Assembly: GCA_002269645.1 (NCBI GenBank)
Contig: NIVC01000124.1
Span: 1 to 64,000, forward strand
Direction: 5' to 3'
From: Macrostomum lignano
Taxonomy: Eukaryota
Length of the DNA: 64,000 nucleotides
Shown here: positions 1 to 14,115 of the stretch, piece by piece
Layout of the letters: each line of letters starts with the position of its first letter
How positions within the stretch are numbered: the first letter of the stretch is position 1
Position numbers and translations under genes: made by a program
Notes under the pieces: generated by a model
The model's input: only the letters and a program-made list of their open reading frames with translations
What the model was told of the DNA's origin: nothing
Databases searched by the model: none

Positions 1-112
1 TCTAGTAGGGGGATAGGGGCATTCTAAGTAGCTGCATATGTACATTTGGACACTTGCTAATTGGTGGACAGTGAAATTCAATGCTTAAACTTGCAAGCAT
101 CTCATTGTAGTA

Positions 113-354
113 CCCTATTGCAGCCAAGGTCTGAACCGCGCCGGACGCCCCCCTTTCCCGCGCCAGACATCTACCCGTACTGCGCCAGGGCCAGTCCCCA
201 GGATCAGTGATTTGGTTCAATTAGTCAGTCAATGGCTCGCCGCGCGCTGCCGCCACACGCCACGCCACCGCGCGCCGCCGCCACGCGCCGCGCCGCCGCC
301 AGGCCAATCCGCGCCGGACGCCGTCCACGAAAATGGCCATTGGCTGCAATAGGG
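113..354. mobile_element. 242-bp non-autonomous TIR element (MITE) with GC-rich (GCC-like) interior
   Basis: Perfect 15-bp TIR CCCTATTGCAGCCAA (113-127) / TTGGCTGCAATAGGG (340-354); flanking 8-bp direct repeat TTGTAGTA (105-112, 355-362); internal 13-mer CGCGCCGGACGCC twice (137, 310). Confidence 0.75.
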
Positions 355-1429
355 TTGTAGTAGGCTATGAATGTACACTAAAAAATTCAATGTTTTAAAC
401 TGGGAAATTTCAAATACAAACTGTTCCTCAAGTTTTGAACTTTGAGAGAAAAGACTTATATTGCTAGAAAGAGTTTAGGAATATAAGTTGTTTGCTTTGA
501 GTATGAAAACTAAAAGCACAGCATTCAAAAAATGATTTCTATACTTTTAACTTTCTGCAGAGATTTTACTTATTTTTGCAAGATGCAATGGATAAATTTG
601 GGAGCTTCAACTTCTAATTGCTGCTGTGTATTGGAGGGTTGATTTAAATTGCTCAATCATTTTGTTAACTTTAACTAAGACTGATACTGACTGAAATTGA
701 TTGCACAATCAATTGGTTCAATTGGTTAAATTTTTTATTATCAGCGCCTTCTAATAGGTAGCTCTGTGTAGCTTTAACCTTAACCCTAACCACTGAATAC
801 TGTATTTTGAATATATTTAGGCTTGACAATTAGAAAACACCTTTTATACACTTCAATTCAGTAGTCTATTGATTAAGTTAAAGGATTACAACTTGAAAGA
901 GATGATGTTGATAGAGTTTCATTTCACAGAGAGAATTTTGATGACTATCTATTTCACGAAGAGGATTTTTAGGGATTTCTGATTTCATGGAAAGGATTTT
1001 GAGGGATTTTGGAGAGGATTTGGATGATGGGATTCGGGTCATAGGATTTAGCTGATGGATTTCAGGGAATGGAATTCTGGTGATAGGAGTTCTTCCCCTT
1101 TCTCCTCCAATTGATAAGTTGGCCTCATTATAATAATAAATGCATCTTTACTTAGCCATCATATACCTAAATAAGCCTAGATGCCAATGGTAAATCTTGA
1201 TCCCAATCCTGACCAATCCTGAGTCCCAACTTTTATGAATTCAATCTCTCCCAATCCCACCCAACCAGATTTTTTCTCTCCTTGTTGTTGGGCTCTATAC
1301 TCAATGCCAACAATTTTCATTATGTTTAAAACCATTATGGCAAAGACTAGAAATTTGCTATAATTTGTAACCATAGCTATAAGCTAAAAAATTGCCATAG
1401 CCATAATCTATAATGAAAATATAGCTGCA

Positions 1430-2000
1430 AAGGTGCCACTCTTTTATAGTTGACATGGTGCCTCTTATGTTATATATAGTGTTTCTTTTATGTTAGACAT
1501 GGTGGCTCTTTTCTATTTTACACTGTCTATTTGATGTTAGACATGGTGTCTCTTTTATGTTTGACATATTGGTTCTTTTATGTTTGATATGGTGGCTCTT
1601 CTATGTTTGACATGGTGGCTCTTAACTATGTTTCACATGGTGACTCTTTTTTGTTTGACATGGTGGTTCTTTTATGTTTGACATAATGGCTCTTTGTTTG
1701 ACATGGTGGTGCCTCTTATATATTTTGACATGGTGGCTCTTATGTTTGACATAGTGGCTTTTTTAGGTTGTATATGGTGGCTCTTTTATTTTTGACATGG
1801 TGCTTCTTATATATTTGACATGGTGGCTCTTTTATATTTTTGACATGGTGTTCTTTTATGTGTGTCTTAACATATCTTTTATGTTTGAAATGGTACCTGT
1901 TTTATGTTTGACTTGGTACCAATTTTATGTTTGATATGGAGTCACTTCTATATTTTACATGGTGACTCTTCTATGTTTGACTGCGCTTTTTTATGTTTAG
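1430..2000. repeat. Degenerate ~21-25 bp minisatellite (TTTGACATGGTGGCTCTTTTATG)
   Basis: About 20 diverged copies of GACATGGTGGCTCTT visible directly. Confidence 0.85.
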
Positions 2001-2050
2001 CATTTTTGTGTTTTTAGGGGTTTTTTAATAAAAAAATATTTTGCACTACT

Positions 2051-2107
2051 AAGATTTGAACCCAAGTTGCTACATTAGTAGTCCAGTCTGTCTACATCTA
2101 GGCTACC
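2051..2107 (-). mobile_element. Degenerate tRNA-derived SINE head
   Basis: Reverse complement reads GGTAGCCTAG...GGGTTCAAATCTT (A-box- and B-box-like). Confidence 0.35.
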
Positions 2108-2768
2108 TCTTGTCAATTGGAGAACATGAATTGTGGCCCTTATAATTCAATTCTTGCACTATCTCAGTTGAAGTAAAAATTATAACATAATCAATTTCTT
2201 AGTCAGCCAGTATTAGTTTTAATTTAAGTTAGCAATATAGTTACCCAATTTCAATGAAATATGGTATTATGTTTCAACACAATATTTTTAACACTATAGG
2301 CAGTTAAAGTCAGTTTCAAAATTCAGCTAGTACATTGACAATAAATAAATACAACATGGTTATACAATCTCAATCAAGTCTTGTGCTTTTTGACACATTT
2401 TCAACTTGTTCTGATATAATCTTTGTCAAAGTCAGTATTTAGTTAGTTTTTTCTCTAGCATTTTTACAATGCATTTCAAGTTGAAAATTCTGCTTGACCT
2501 TTGCAAAAAGCATGTTTTTTTTTAATCTTTAATCTCTTTAGCATTGAGGAATTTCTTAGCCTCAATACATGTACTATCATGGGAAAATTTCTGATAAAAT
2601 GGTTCAAATTTAAAGAAAATCAGTTGAGCCCATTTTTCAGAAAAATATTTTTCTAGAATATTTTTGCTTGGGATTCACATGCATTTGTAAGTTTGGTTTG
2701 GAGCATTCTAGTGTGCACTCAGCATGATCTAGACCATTGCAATTAGGCATAGGCCGAAGCTCATAGAG

Positions 2769-3026
2769 CAGGGGTTGGAAAGTTCTAGCTCTCAGGTCCT
2801 TTAAAACTTGACAATAGGAATCTAGCCTGCTCAACTTCCTTTATACAAAAAATGAGTTGTTTGTATATTTGTCTATAATCTCTTCTTCTCTGTTTTCTCT
2901 TTTTCTCCTTTCTCATGTCTCTATTCCCTCTTCTCTATTCAATTTCCTCTCCCCTTTCTCTAGATTGCAGTCATGTTTTAGATTCTTTAACTGGCCCTTA
3001 AGATAAAAAAAGTTTGCTGACCCCTG
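2769..3026. mobile_element. hAT-type MITE, old copy of the family at 40961
   Basis: Ends CAGGGGTTGG...CTGACCCCTG; 8-bp TSD TCATAGAG/TCATAAAG (7/8); 5' part aligns by eye with 40961-41050 (GGTCCTTTAA..ACAATAG.AATC..GCC.GCTCAA); CT-rich interior. Confidence 0.7.
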
Positions 3027-3556
3027 TCATAAAGGATTTGACATCATATTCTAGGTAGCTGACTTTCATTGAGGACACTTTTGCTTTAAAATCATTTCTC
3101 CTGAGAAATTAGCAATGGTAATTATCAAAAGTTCATAATATATGTTGTTTATTTAAACATTTTAATTTCTTTTTTGTTGCCTCACCAACAGGAACTCAAG
3201 AAGGTGAAGATTGCTAGTCAATCCTTCTAGCATTTATCAGAACAATTATTAGAACCTGAAAAGTTCTTCAATTCAATTTTTAATTTAAACTCTTAATTCT
3301 TATTGAACATTATAGTGCATGTAGTTATGTGTAGCTACAGAAAAATTAAAATATGAATATGAAATATGTATAGGCTATAGAAAAATTCTGTTATTGAAGT
3401 AGTCTATGTATAGCCAAATAGGCATGTATTATCACTAGCCTTTAATGAAGCCTAAGGCCCTGAGAAGTCGATTAAAACTGAACTTTAAGTCTCCACTTTA
3501 TCCTGCTACAATGGGATAAGCAGCTCTAATAGTTGCGAACTTGCAAGCTCCTATAG

Positions 3557-3786
3557 CATACATGCGCAACCTCCAAAATTCGGTCGGCCGTGCGACTTAG
3601 TTTTTGGCCAAAAATGTAAAAAAACCCTAAAGCAAAATTTACGCAACTTTGGGTAAACAGCAGGAGTAACTATGACAGTCTTATTAAGGCAAAAAGCCTT
3701 GTCTTCTACTCAGTACTACTTTGGTATTTATTTGGGTGGGCATTTTTGCAACTACCTTGGTTGGCCACCAAATCAGTCGGCTATAG
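3557..3786 (+). mobile_element. Truncated copy of the CATACATGCGCAAC MITE (see 18596)
   Basis: Starts CATACATGCGCAACCTCCAAAATTCGGTCG, as at 18596; collinear similarity to ~3786; right TIR missing. Confidence 0.8.
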
Positions 3787-3887
3787 TTCCAGCGCTGAAA
3801 AAAGTGTACACAAACCCACAACATTACATTTTCTGTAATTGCAGGGCATCAGGCAGCTTTCTATTATCTGTTAAGATGTTAGGGAGG

Positions 3888-4150
3888 TTGTAGTCTCGTG
3901 GTTAGGGCATTGGACTCACGACTGAAAGGTCGGTTGTTCGATTTTCGACTCTTTCAGAACAATTTGTGACTGTGTCCTTGAGCAGGACACCTGACTCTTC
4001 AGTTCACCCCGCTGTAAAATGGCATTTGTTGGGGTAATTGAGGGTGTGTGTGGCGACCCCCCCCCCCAACCAAGTCCTTGGACTGAACAGCCGTACGCAG
4101 CCTTCAAATGCGCCACGCAATAGCTGCGGCTGAGCTGTCGGTTGCACATC
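3888..4150 (+). mobile_element. tRNA-derived SINE with CORE-like body
   Basis: A-box-like TAGTCTCGTGG, B-box-like GTTCGATT, then GTGTCCTTGAGCAGGACAC...CAGTTCACCCCGCTGTAAAATGG, typical of CORE-type SINE bodies. Confidence 0.55.
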
Positions 4151-4850
4151 TGCCCAATTGGGGGGGGGGGGCAGGTGTTATCAATTATTATTATTATGAG
4201 AATGATATAACAAACTAGAATTTTTTTTCATTTAAGTGTTTACAGTACGATATACAGCATTGGGTTATTTTTCAAGTTTTAGAAACATTTCTGCATTCAC
4301 TGGGACCAAAAAAGCAAGAATGAAAATTAAAATTAAGTTTGAACATTGATTTATTAGAAAATCTGTGCATAAATCTCAAACTCCCCATCTTAAATTAAGG
4401 GGAGGCAGCATAGAGACACGCGCGTGGATTTACCTACCCGGCTTTTTAAAGGATGCTGACTTGTAGATGCATTCGTCGATGTACTGTGTAGAGCAGGGCA
4501 AAAGAGAAGTGGTTTGAGGTGGGAGGGAAACGCTGCCTTCCCCTACCCTTCTCTCTGCTTTCTTCCCTCGGTTTAAGAGCGGCGGCCCACCTCTTCGGGG
4601 CTGTACAATCGTGCAAAGCAAACTGTTGGATAGGAGAGGCATACAGAACACAGAGAAGATACTAAAGCAGATTATTGGTTCCCAGAACCTCGCTACCCAG
4701 CCCAGAGAGTGAGGAATGACGGAGAAGGGGTAGCTGACACCTAGAGAGAGAGAGAGTTTAGCTCGAAGACTGAAAAGCCTAAAACATGTATATTAAAGCT
4801 AGTTCCGAACATTTTTCGGAAGTATTGATTCGGTGCTAATATTAGAAATC

Positions 4851-7800
4851 ATGAGCACACACGGGAAATACGAATTCGAGCTGGCAGTCTATGGTGAATA
4901 CTTCTACTCAGCCCTGCATTGTATGTCGGCAAACTCGATGATGACGCATTCAATTGCAGCCGGACAACTGGAGCCGCCTCCGCAGCAGCATTTGCAGCCG
5001 CATTTGCAGCAGCCGCAGCAAAATCAACAACAATCGCAGCAACAGCAACAGCAGCAATTCTGGCCTAGTAATCCTTTACTAGAAGATTTTGAAAGTCAAC
5101 TATCCGAAATTGCATTGTCGAGCAGTTTTTGGCAAAATTTTCTATTACCTCTGCAGCCGCAGCAGCAACAGGAGCCTTCGCCTCCACCGCCGTTCTACCA
5201 GTCTTCTTCCACATTGGATTTCACGGGAACAGCCGATCAATTACAATCCTTGTCTAATTGTTACACCCTATTACACGAGGCTAGTAATAGTAGATCCGCT
5301 ACTAGTAGTAGTACTTCTAACGATAATATGCAACGCAGGCGATCCAATAGTAGGCGGTACGCTCAGCATCGTCAAATGATTCCTTCACCTCCGCCTCTGC
5401 AACCGTCAGCTTCGGCGTTTGCCTCAGAAATGCCGCATCATGGTTCTACAGCGTCGCATCTGGGATATCAGCAGCAGCAGCAGGGTTCTAATGCTCCTAT
5501 GCTAGCCGCGCTAATGGCTGCTAATGCTCAATCTAATCTGCTGAATCCTTCGCCGCTGGATCACCAGCCGCCGCCGCCGGCCCACCAGCAGCCGCAGCAG
5601 CATCAGCGCCGTCAGCCTGGCGTGCCAACCGCTCTACAGAATGCCGCTACAGCCAATGGCGGCTTGTTTACCCATTTGAAAGTGTCTACAGCGTCTGAGC
5701 AGCATCATAACCTGCGTAGCCATGCTGGTAGTTCATCATCTAGCCAGCAACAGCAACAGCACAATTTGCGTAGGCATCATCAACAGCAGCAGCAGAGACA
5801 AGCTAGTAGTAATAATCAGGCTTCTTCTTCTCTTTCTCTACATCAGCATCAGCAGCAGCAGCAGCATCAACAGACGTCGAATCCTGCTCTGATGGCCTGT
5901 CTGAATGGCGCTGGCGGCGGCGGGATCGGTCGTGCCGATTCCACTGTTGGCGCTGGTAAGTTGTTAGTCACTCCTAGCTAGTAGCGATTTATCAATAAAC
6001 GAATGCGTATGCAGAGACCAACTATATGGTGATAGTATGGGTATGCTGGTTTATTGATAGATTGACCTGCAGAAATTGGCAGAAAAAAACCTGATCTGGA
6101 TTGATGTGACAGACGAAATTCGTTAAAGACGTTACCGTGACAAGAATCGCTAAGGAGTCATTGCAAACACCTCATTGCTGAATCTAGCGACCTTGTGGCG
6201 ACACTTGTGACCTTTTAACGTCACAAACCACTGTAATGTGACGGACTGGCGTCAAAGAGTTGCAGGATCGTGAAAAGTTGTTATAAATGCGAAATGCGAT
6301 TCTGAATTCATAAACTGACGCAGATGCGCTTTAGACGCAACTCATTGATTCTACAGCGACTCTGGCACGATTCTTACCCTAATTACAACTTTTTGGCGAC
6401 TTGCACCGTGACATCATCTCGTCGTTTTATTGTCGTCTAGAGCCACTTTTTTCCTATTTTACCTGTAATATCTGCAACAATCACACTGGGACGCTTCTTG
6501 GCCTAGGCACCGTTTTCACTGGGACAAATTATTGGATTGATGGAGTGGTGACAGACAAAAAATTGAACAACTGACAGTCAACTAATGGATATTTATACTG
6601 ATTTAGTTGGCGCATAAATCAGAGCTGTCTCAAAACCAGTCTCACGCACTCCTATTCTCACACCATCCCGCAGTTCACCACAGGAAGCGGTCCGGCGATT
6701 TCAGTTTCCCAACATTCGATTCGTCCTCGGCTCAGTCAGTTTCATCCTCAATTTTTGGCGGCGCCGCCTCTATTGTGGACGAATTCCTGTCGGGCTGCTC
6801 GTCCTCATCTTTTAGTCATCATAATCACCATCACCAGCATCATCATCATCATCATCATCATAGCTCGCCGTCTTCGGCTAGGCCTGACAGCGTACTGCCA
6901 GAAGAGTTGCCATTTTTTGAGCACCTAAACACTTTGTTGAAGCCTACATTATTGCGTCCTAGCCGATCGAACGGGCATAATCAGTATCAGCAGCAGGTGA
7001 GAATTTTTTTTGATTTTAGTTCGGTATTTACGAGTATTAAGTATTTCTTTGAGAGTTTTGCTTAGCGAGTGATAATCTCAGTGTTGCCTGTAGAATTCAG
7101 TAGGTATCTAGAGGACCCAGATCCCAATGGGAGTTGTGAGGGATAGATCCCAATGGGAGTTGTGAGGGATTGGGATCCCAATGGGAGTTGTGAGGGATAG
7201 ATCCCAATGGGAGTTGTGAGGGATAGGGATCCCAATGGGAGTTGTGAGGGATAGATCCCAATGGGAGTTGTGAGGGATAGGGATCCCAATAGGAGTTGTG
7301 AAGGATAGGGATCCCAATGGAAGTTGAGAGAGATAGGGATCCCAATGGGAGTTGAGAGGGATAGGGATCCTAATGGGAGTTGTGAGGGATAGATCCCAAT
7401 GGGAGTTGTGAGGGATTGGGATCCCAATGGGAGTTGTGAGGGATAGATCCCAATGGGAGTTGTGAGGGATAGATCCCAATGGGAGTTGTGAGGGATAGGG
7501 ATCCCAATGGGAGTTGTGAGGGATAGATCCCAATGGGAGTTGTGAGGGATAAGTATCCCAATAGGAGTTGTGAAGGATAGGGATCCCAATGGAAGTTGAG
7601 AGAGATAGGGATCCCAATGAGAGTTGAGAGGGATAGGGATCCCAATGGGAGTTGAGGGATAGGGATCCCAATGGGAGTTGAGGGATAGGGATCCCAATGG
7701 GAGCTGAGTGATAAAGATCCCAATTGGAGTTGAGAGGGATAGGGATCCCAATTGGATTTAAGAGGGATAAGGATCCCAGTGGAAGTTGAGAGGGATAGAT

Positions 7801-10051
7801 ATCCCAATGCGAAGTGAGAGGGATAGAGATCCCAATGGTATCTGTGAGAATAGTAATCCCACAAGCAAGCATACAAACCTTAAAGATTTAGTATACTTAG
7901 ATTAGGTTTTAACTGTTTGAATTTTGATGCCATACATATAAATAACACAAAATGATAAAGCAATTATTTTGACTTCAGGCCCACTGCGATTTAGAGTTCG
8001 GCATGAATCCGCAGCAAGTCAAATCAGTACTATCAATGCGCACTCGAGACTTGGCCTCTGGCCGCACCGAGTACGCCGTACAGGTTTTGATTCGTTGCTT
8101 CCACTCGGAGGCTGGCACGCAGCCAGACGCGTTTCCGCCTGGCGTAAATCTGACCGTGAACAGTCAGCCTGTTCTGGGCCTGCCTGCTCCGCTGCCCTGC
8201 CGGCCCGGATCCGATCCTGTCAGGCCCGGTCGGCCTGTAAATATCTCCGGTGAGTGACGTAATAGAAATTTGCTGCGACATTTTGACGAAATGTATCGAA
8301 AAAAACTTTATAAAGCGTGATTTTTAGGCGCAGAAAAATAACGCCTTTTCGTGCTAGATATTACCGAAAATTCAAAACGAAGTACTCGGAATCGGGGCAT
8401 CCAAACTTTTTCAATTATCACCTTGAAATTTTACCTAAATTTTTATTCAGACAAATTTGAAAGCTACATGTATTGAACGTATATTTATAGATTCTTTTCT
8501 TAGCGTATTTTTATCTATATTTCTACTGTCCGTAGTGTAGAGAATTAAATTAGACATGTTCATAGGTAGCTCACTTACCCTTTTCTTTTCAATAGCAACT
8601 ACAATATACAACACGAATGTCAAAGATTGCCTACTTAAGAGTAGCGAGAAATGACTTTTAACCGGTGTGTGTCCATGGGCAGTCAAGACTAGCTGAAGTC
8701 ATCAAGAAGTCATCAAACAACGCCAACCCCCATAGTAACCGCTCCTAACTCTAATCACGCAGGTCTCTGCCGCCTCTCTGCCAGCTCCCAGGCGAACAAT
8801 CGTATCCGCGTCAGCTGGCTGCACCGACCATCCGGTCCGGGCTACTGCCTCTCCGTGTCCCTCGCTCGCGTCGTATCGTCCAATGACCTCGCCAATCGGC
8901 TATTGACCTTGCCAGGTCGGGTCCGGCCAGCCAGTCAAACTCAGCGCCAAATTCGTCAGTTACTGCTTGGCAACGGTGACGACGACGAGGACGACGACGA
9001 TGCCATGGTTGCTATGACAACTATAACCGCTTCGCTGCGCTGTCCGTTGTCCTGCGCCAGAATCCAATTGCCCGTTCGATCCGACGATTGTCGTCACGTG
9101 CAGTGCTTCGACGCCCGGACATATCTGTCCATGAACGAGCGACGGGCCACCTGGCGATGCCCCTGCTGCGACCGGCCAGCACCCTACGCCAGTTTGCACG
9201 TCGACGCTCATTTTCAATCGGTGCTAGCCAATGCTCCTAAAAGCGTCGATGTTGTCCGTTTCCTTGACGACGGAACCTGGCAACCTGCTGGGGCCAACGC
9301 AGCATCCTCGTCGACCTCTGCATCGACGGCCGCCTCCGCCTCCACCTATAAAGGCTCATCTTCCGCATTGGGAGGCGCCAATTTTGACAGCGTTGTCATT
9401 GACGACGATGACGACGATGACAACAGCTACAGCGCAATAGACGAAGCGCCGCCAACATTGAAAAGGCAAAAGCGCAGCGACAGTGTCGACGACTCGCCAT
9501 CGACAATTTGCAACGATCTCGACCCGGGCGATGTTATCGTGGTCGATTTGACCGCCGATTCCGATTCCGGCGGCGACGGCAATGGCAGAGATTGCGACGA
9601 TTCAAGCGACAGCCAGTCGGATACGGACACTTACAATAATGGCTACGGTTTTGCCTACTTTTCGGGAGCTGTGGGTGTTATTGTCACTCCGGTACAGTCG
9701 CCGTCGCCATCGCCGCCTATTCAACCGTCGTCTCATGGCGGCGGTGCTTCGTCATCGTCGAATTCGTCGTCTTCAGCTGCAGCTGCAGCACCAGTGTCTG
9801 TCAGTAGTACGAGTAGTATCAATGGTAGCAGCCATAGTTTTCCTTTGTCTCAAGACCTGCCAACCTATTTTGGCAGTTATCCTACTTTGCCTATACACTC
9901 GTCGGCGATGCCCCCGCCGCCTCCGCCACTCCCAATGGCGGCTCCTTCATCGTCGTTATCAGCTGCTGCAATGTTTCCGTTTGAATTGCCAACCAGCTTT
10001 CCATCGTTTGATTTCTTTTCGTCGAATAGTGCCCATGATAATATATTTTGA
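4851..10051 (+). CDS. PIAS: PIAS/Siz-family SUMO E3 ligase paralog 1 (Q-rich N-terminus, PINIT, SP-RING, SIM; no SAP seen), ~995 aa
   Basis: Exons 4851-5955, 6674-6996, 7979-8249, 8763-10051 join with phases 1,0,1 via GT-AG introns. LPFFEHLNTLLKPTLL and QPDAFPPGVNLTVN...PGRPVNIS are PINIT; SLRCPLS...PVRSDDCRHVQCFDARTYLSMNERRATWRCPCC is SP-RING; VIVVDLTADSDS is a SIM. Start codon uncertain (4851 or a later ATG). AATAAA at 10164. Confidence 0.88.
6125..6490 (+). repeat. Interspersed repeat shared with 18145-18595
   Basis: Shared blocks GTTACC.TGACAAGAATCGCTAAGGAGTCATTGC, TTAGACGCA, TACAGCGACTC, GTCGTCTAGAG...TTCCTATTTTACCTGT..TATCTGCAAC. Confidence 0.75.
7105..7860. repeat. Intronic minisatellite, 24-26 bp (GATCCCAATGGGAGTTGTGAGGGATAG), PIAS1 intron 2
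   Basis: About 30 tandem copies inside intron 6997-7978. Confidence 0.95.
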
Positions 10052-11764
10052 GTTGGAAAAGCAGTTAGCGATGTGTCCCTAACCTTTTGTTTCTTTTATT
10101 GTCTATGCGATTGATTACCTCTATTTCTTTGCGCTTTGCTCTGTTTATTTTATTGGCCAGTTTAATAAAGATTTAAGAAAGTTTTAGACAACAAAGGATT
10201 ATTTTTTAGTTTACTACAGTCTAATAGTCTACTTTAATAAAATTTAGTAGTACTAACAATCAGCCTATTGTTAGATTTTATCTGTTTTATCTTGCCACTT
10301 CTTTTACGAGCCTGCTTATCACTCTCTAGGGCCAGGCTGTCTGAACCGTCGATAATTTTATTGCCTTTAAATGGGGTGGTGGGGAGCGCGCGTGACTTGT
10401 TTTGTACTTTTAACTGACTAGCTAATCAGAAACGAGAGATAAAAATAGAATGTAGAGAGGGTGAGAATACAATATTAGATAACGGGTTAATCGTTCGCGC
10501 CGTCTGTCCTTTCTCTACTACCGCTTACCCTATTTTTATTGACCTCGCCAGCACTATCCTGATCAATTAACTGGAGTGGTTAGGCTCTGATTCAGCCGGG
10601 TGGGTGTTTAAAGTGAACTTTTTAAGTAGAGGGAATGAAAAACAAAAGACAGTAGTTGAATATGAGATAATTAAGTGGAGTGAAAGCGAACCGCCACGTT
10701 GTCCAAGACTAATTAAGATCATACTGATAATTAGTCACTTGCGTAGTGTATAGCAAGTGTTATTACTCTTAGCGCTACTGCAAACGCTTAGGTACAATTG
10801 AATTGCGATGATTTTCTGCCTCTAGCTAGAGTGTACATCGACTTCATTATTGATTGTTGGTTGTTAGTATCAGTAGCTTTCAAAATACTTACTTTTACTT
10901 TTGCTTATGTTTTTCAAAACCGATGACAGATTACTATCTGTCGCTAACTAACTACTTCTAACTTCTTCTTTAGTAGTACTTCTAAATTGGCTTTTGTAAA
11001 CTCGGTTTCTCCCTCCGCTTTGTGTTCTGTTGCAATTGCAACTTGCACAGATGATAAATAAACTGTTGAATTGAATCTGGCATCTCTATTCTCTGTTGTC
11101 ATTTGCTCGTTGCACCACAATTCCAATTACAATATTTATACCTTTCTATCCGATTAAACGTCTAAAATTCGTATATAGATGCTTTATATCCTCAAATGTT
11201 GTCAAACTAAACTCCTGTGCTACAATAGGTAATTTACTCTGCTTGTTTTCGTTTGAAATGAACCTCTGGCAGGCACCATAATTTTCATGTACCGAGCTTT
11301 TTTGCTGTTATTTTTGTTATATGGCCAACATCAGCTGTATATTATGTTTTTCAATAAGCGCGTTTTCTACTTCAGATTGTTTTCGAATAAAATTTCTTTT
11401 CACATGTCATGTGTTTAAATTATAAAAATACTTAGGTTCAGCTATTTTAATATCAGATAGAAGCGCCTTCTCTTGCTCGACTGCTCTGCTGCTAACATTT
11501 ATATTCAACTCTTGTGAATTTAATAAATTATTATATGCTGCATACTCAGATTGTTTTGTATGTTATTGCTGGCTGGCAACAGTTTTTTGTGTTAATTTAT
11601 TTATTTGGTACTACTCTATATTAAAATGTTTAAATCTTCTACGGCAAAAATTTAATGCCAAGTTTATCAAATCTACTTAATACCCGTATTTAGACAAGCG
11701 CAACTCACTGCAAGGCAACGCCCAGAATAATAGTGTACTCATACTCAGATTTCTGCCTATTAAC

Positions 11765-12470
11765 CCATTGAAAATTGTGTCCCAAATGTACGCACTCAGT
11801 GTCCACCAACCTTGAAATAGTCTGTCTCAAATGTCGGCACCCAATTCCCACCAGCCCCTTGAAAAGTCTGTGCCAAATGTACGCACTTAATGCCCATCGA
11901 CCCATTAAAAAGTCTATCCCAAATGTACGCACTCAATGCCCACCAGCCTCTTGAAAAGTCTGTTCCAAATGTACGCACTCGATGCCAATCAAAGCTTTAA
12001 AAAGTCTGCCCCAAATGTACGCACTCAATGCCCACCAGCCTCTGAAAAGTCTGTTCCAAATGTACGCACTCGAAGCCAATCAAACCTTTGAAAAGTCTGT
12101 TCCAAATGTACGCACTCAATGCCCACCAGCCTCTTGAAAAGTCTGTTCCAAATGTACGCACTCGATGCCAATCAAACCTTTGAAAAGTCTGTTCCAAATG
12201 TACGCACTCAATGCCCATCAAACCTTAAAAAATTCTGCCCCAAATGTACGCACTCGATGCCCACCAGCCTCTGAAAAGTCTGTTCCAAATGTACGCACTC
12301 GATGCCCACCAGCCTCTTGAAAAGTCTATCCCAAATGTACTCACTTAATGCCCATTAAAACCTTGAAAGTATGCCCCAAATGTACGCAGTCAATGCCCAT
12401 CTAACCTTTGAAAAGTCTATCCCAAATATACGCACTCAGTGCCCATCAAACCCTAAGAAATTCTGCCTAA
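11765..12470. repeat. Tandem repeat, ~45-bp subunits (AAAAGTCTGTTCCAAATGTACGCACTCAATGCCCACCAGCCTCTTG)
   Basis: About 15 copies of CCAAATGTACGCACT with two alternating variants. Confidence 0.9.
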
Positions 12471-13239
12471 AATGTATGTACTAGACGCTTTTAACCAATA
12501 GACACTGCGATATTCAATGGGTCGTGTTTTACTGCTTAAAATATTTAACTTTTTTAAAGATGAAATAGTCCCAAAGCGAAATTCATGTCAGAGTGCAACT
12601 GTGAATTGTTACTTATATCAATGTGTTTAAACAGTCATTCAAGGATATCATTTGGCTTTTGTCTAACGACTGAAATTTTCAACCAAGTTAGTTGGGTTTC
12701 TGTGTGTATGTATCTATCCATACATATGGTTACTTTTGCACTGTTTTACATTGTTCTATTTTTATAGGCAACTCATTGCTTCTTGTTCGTTAATTTTTTT
12801 TAAAATCGTCGCTTTATTACGGCAAAATTTGTTGGTTCTTACTAAAGCCAACTTGTTTGCCACTTGTAAACCCTACTGTATTGTGCGCGTGACCTATGTA
12901 GGCACTGTCCATATATTGTGTTCTGTCGCTCTAAACACATTGCATGCTCTCTATTGTTTTCCCAAACTCCCGTCTTTGTGTTTCTGCTTGCTTTGTACAA
13001 CTTACTATTCCCGAATATGTTTTTTACTTACGAGTAACTCTTACCTATGTAAATAAATTTCATACTCTTTTTATTGGATTGTGAATGTCTAACGAAATTT
13101 TAAAATGCCGTTCAATTTTAAGTTGAAAAATAGATGCTTATATCGCGTATGGAATTTTATGCTAATGAAAGAAATCGTTACATTTTTGTCATTGATTTAA
13201 CACATATTTACAAAGTCATGAATATTCTCTAGTTAGTAT

Positions 13240-14115
13240 GTGTCCCTAAGTCTTCTATAGCACTGAGCATGGGTGTCCCTGAGTCTCCCATAGCACTGAG
13301 CATGGGTGTCCCTCTGTCTCCCATAGCACTGAGCATGGGTGTCCCTCTGTCTCCCATAGCACTGAGCATGGGTGTCCCTCTGTCTCCCATAGCACTGAGC
13401 AGTAGTGTCCCTCTGTCTCCCATAGCACTGAGCAGGGGTGTCCCTCTGTCTCCCATAGCACTGAGCAGGGGTGTCCCTCTGTCTCCCATAGCACTGAGCA
13501 GGGGTGTCCCTGAGTCTCCCCATAGCACTGAGCATGGGTGTCCCTGAGTCTCCCCATAGCACTGAACATGGGTGTCCCTCTGTCTCCCATAGCACTGAAC
13601 ATGGGTGTCCCTCTGTCTCCCATAGCACTGAACATGGGTGTCCCTCTGTCTCCCATAGCACTGAGCATGGGTGTCCCTGAGTCTCCCATAGCACTGAGCA
13701 TGGGTGTCCCTGAGTCTCCCATAGCTCTGAGCATGGGTGTCCCTCTGTCTCCCATAGCACTGAGCAGGGGTGTCCCTCTGTCTCCCATAGCACTGAGCAT
13801 GGGTGTCCCTCTGTCTCCCATAGCACTGAGCAGGGGTGTCCCTCTGTCTCCCATAGCACTGAGCATGGGTGTCCCTCTGTCTCCCATAGCACTGAGCATG
13901 GGTGTCCCTCTGTCTCCCATAGCACTGAGCATGGGTGTCCCTCTGTCTCCCATAGCACTGAGCAGGGGTGTCCCTCTGTCTCCCATAGCACTGAGCATGG
14001 GTGTCCCTCTGTCTCCCATAGCACTGAGCAGGGGTGTCCCTCTGTCTCCCATAGCACTGAGCATGGGTGTCCCTCTGTCTCCCATAGCACTGCCACTGAG
14101 CATGGGTGTCCCTGA
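13240..14115. repeat. 33-bp minisatellite (CATAGCACTGAGCATGGGTGTCCCTCTGTCTCC) upstream of the PIAS2 first coding exon
   Basis: About 26 near-identical copies; source of the MGVPLSPIALS-type ORFs. Confidence 0.95.

Noticed and set aside
4400-4800. PIAS1 promoter (CACGCGCGTG palindrome, GA runs)
   Set aside because: Position is plausible, but no motif is specific enough to call without expression data.
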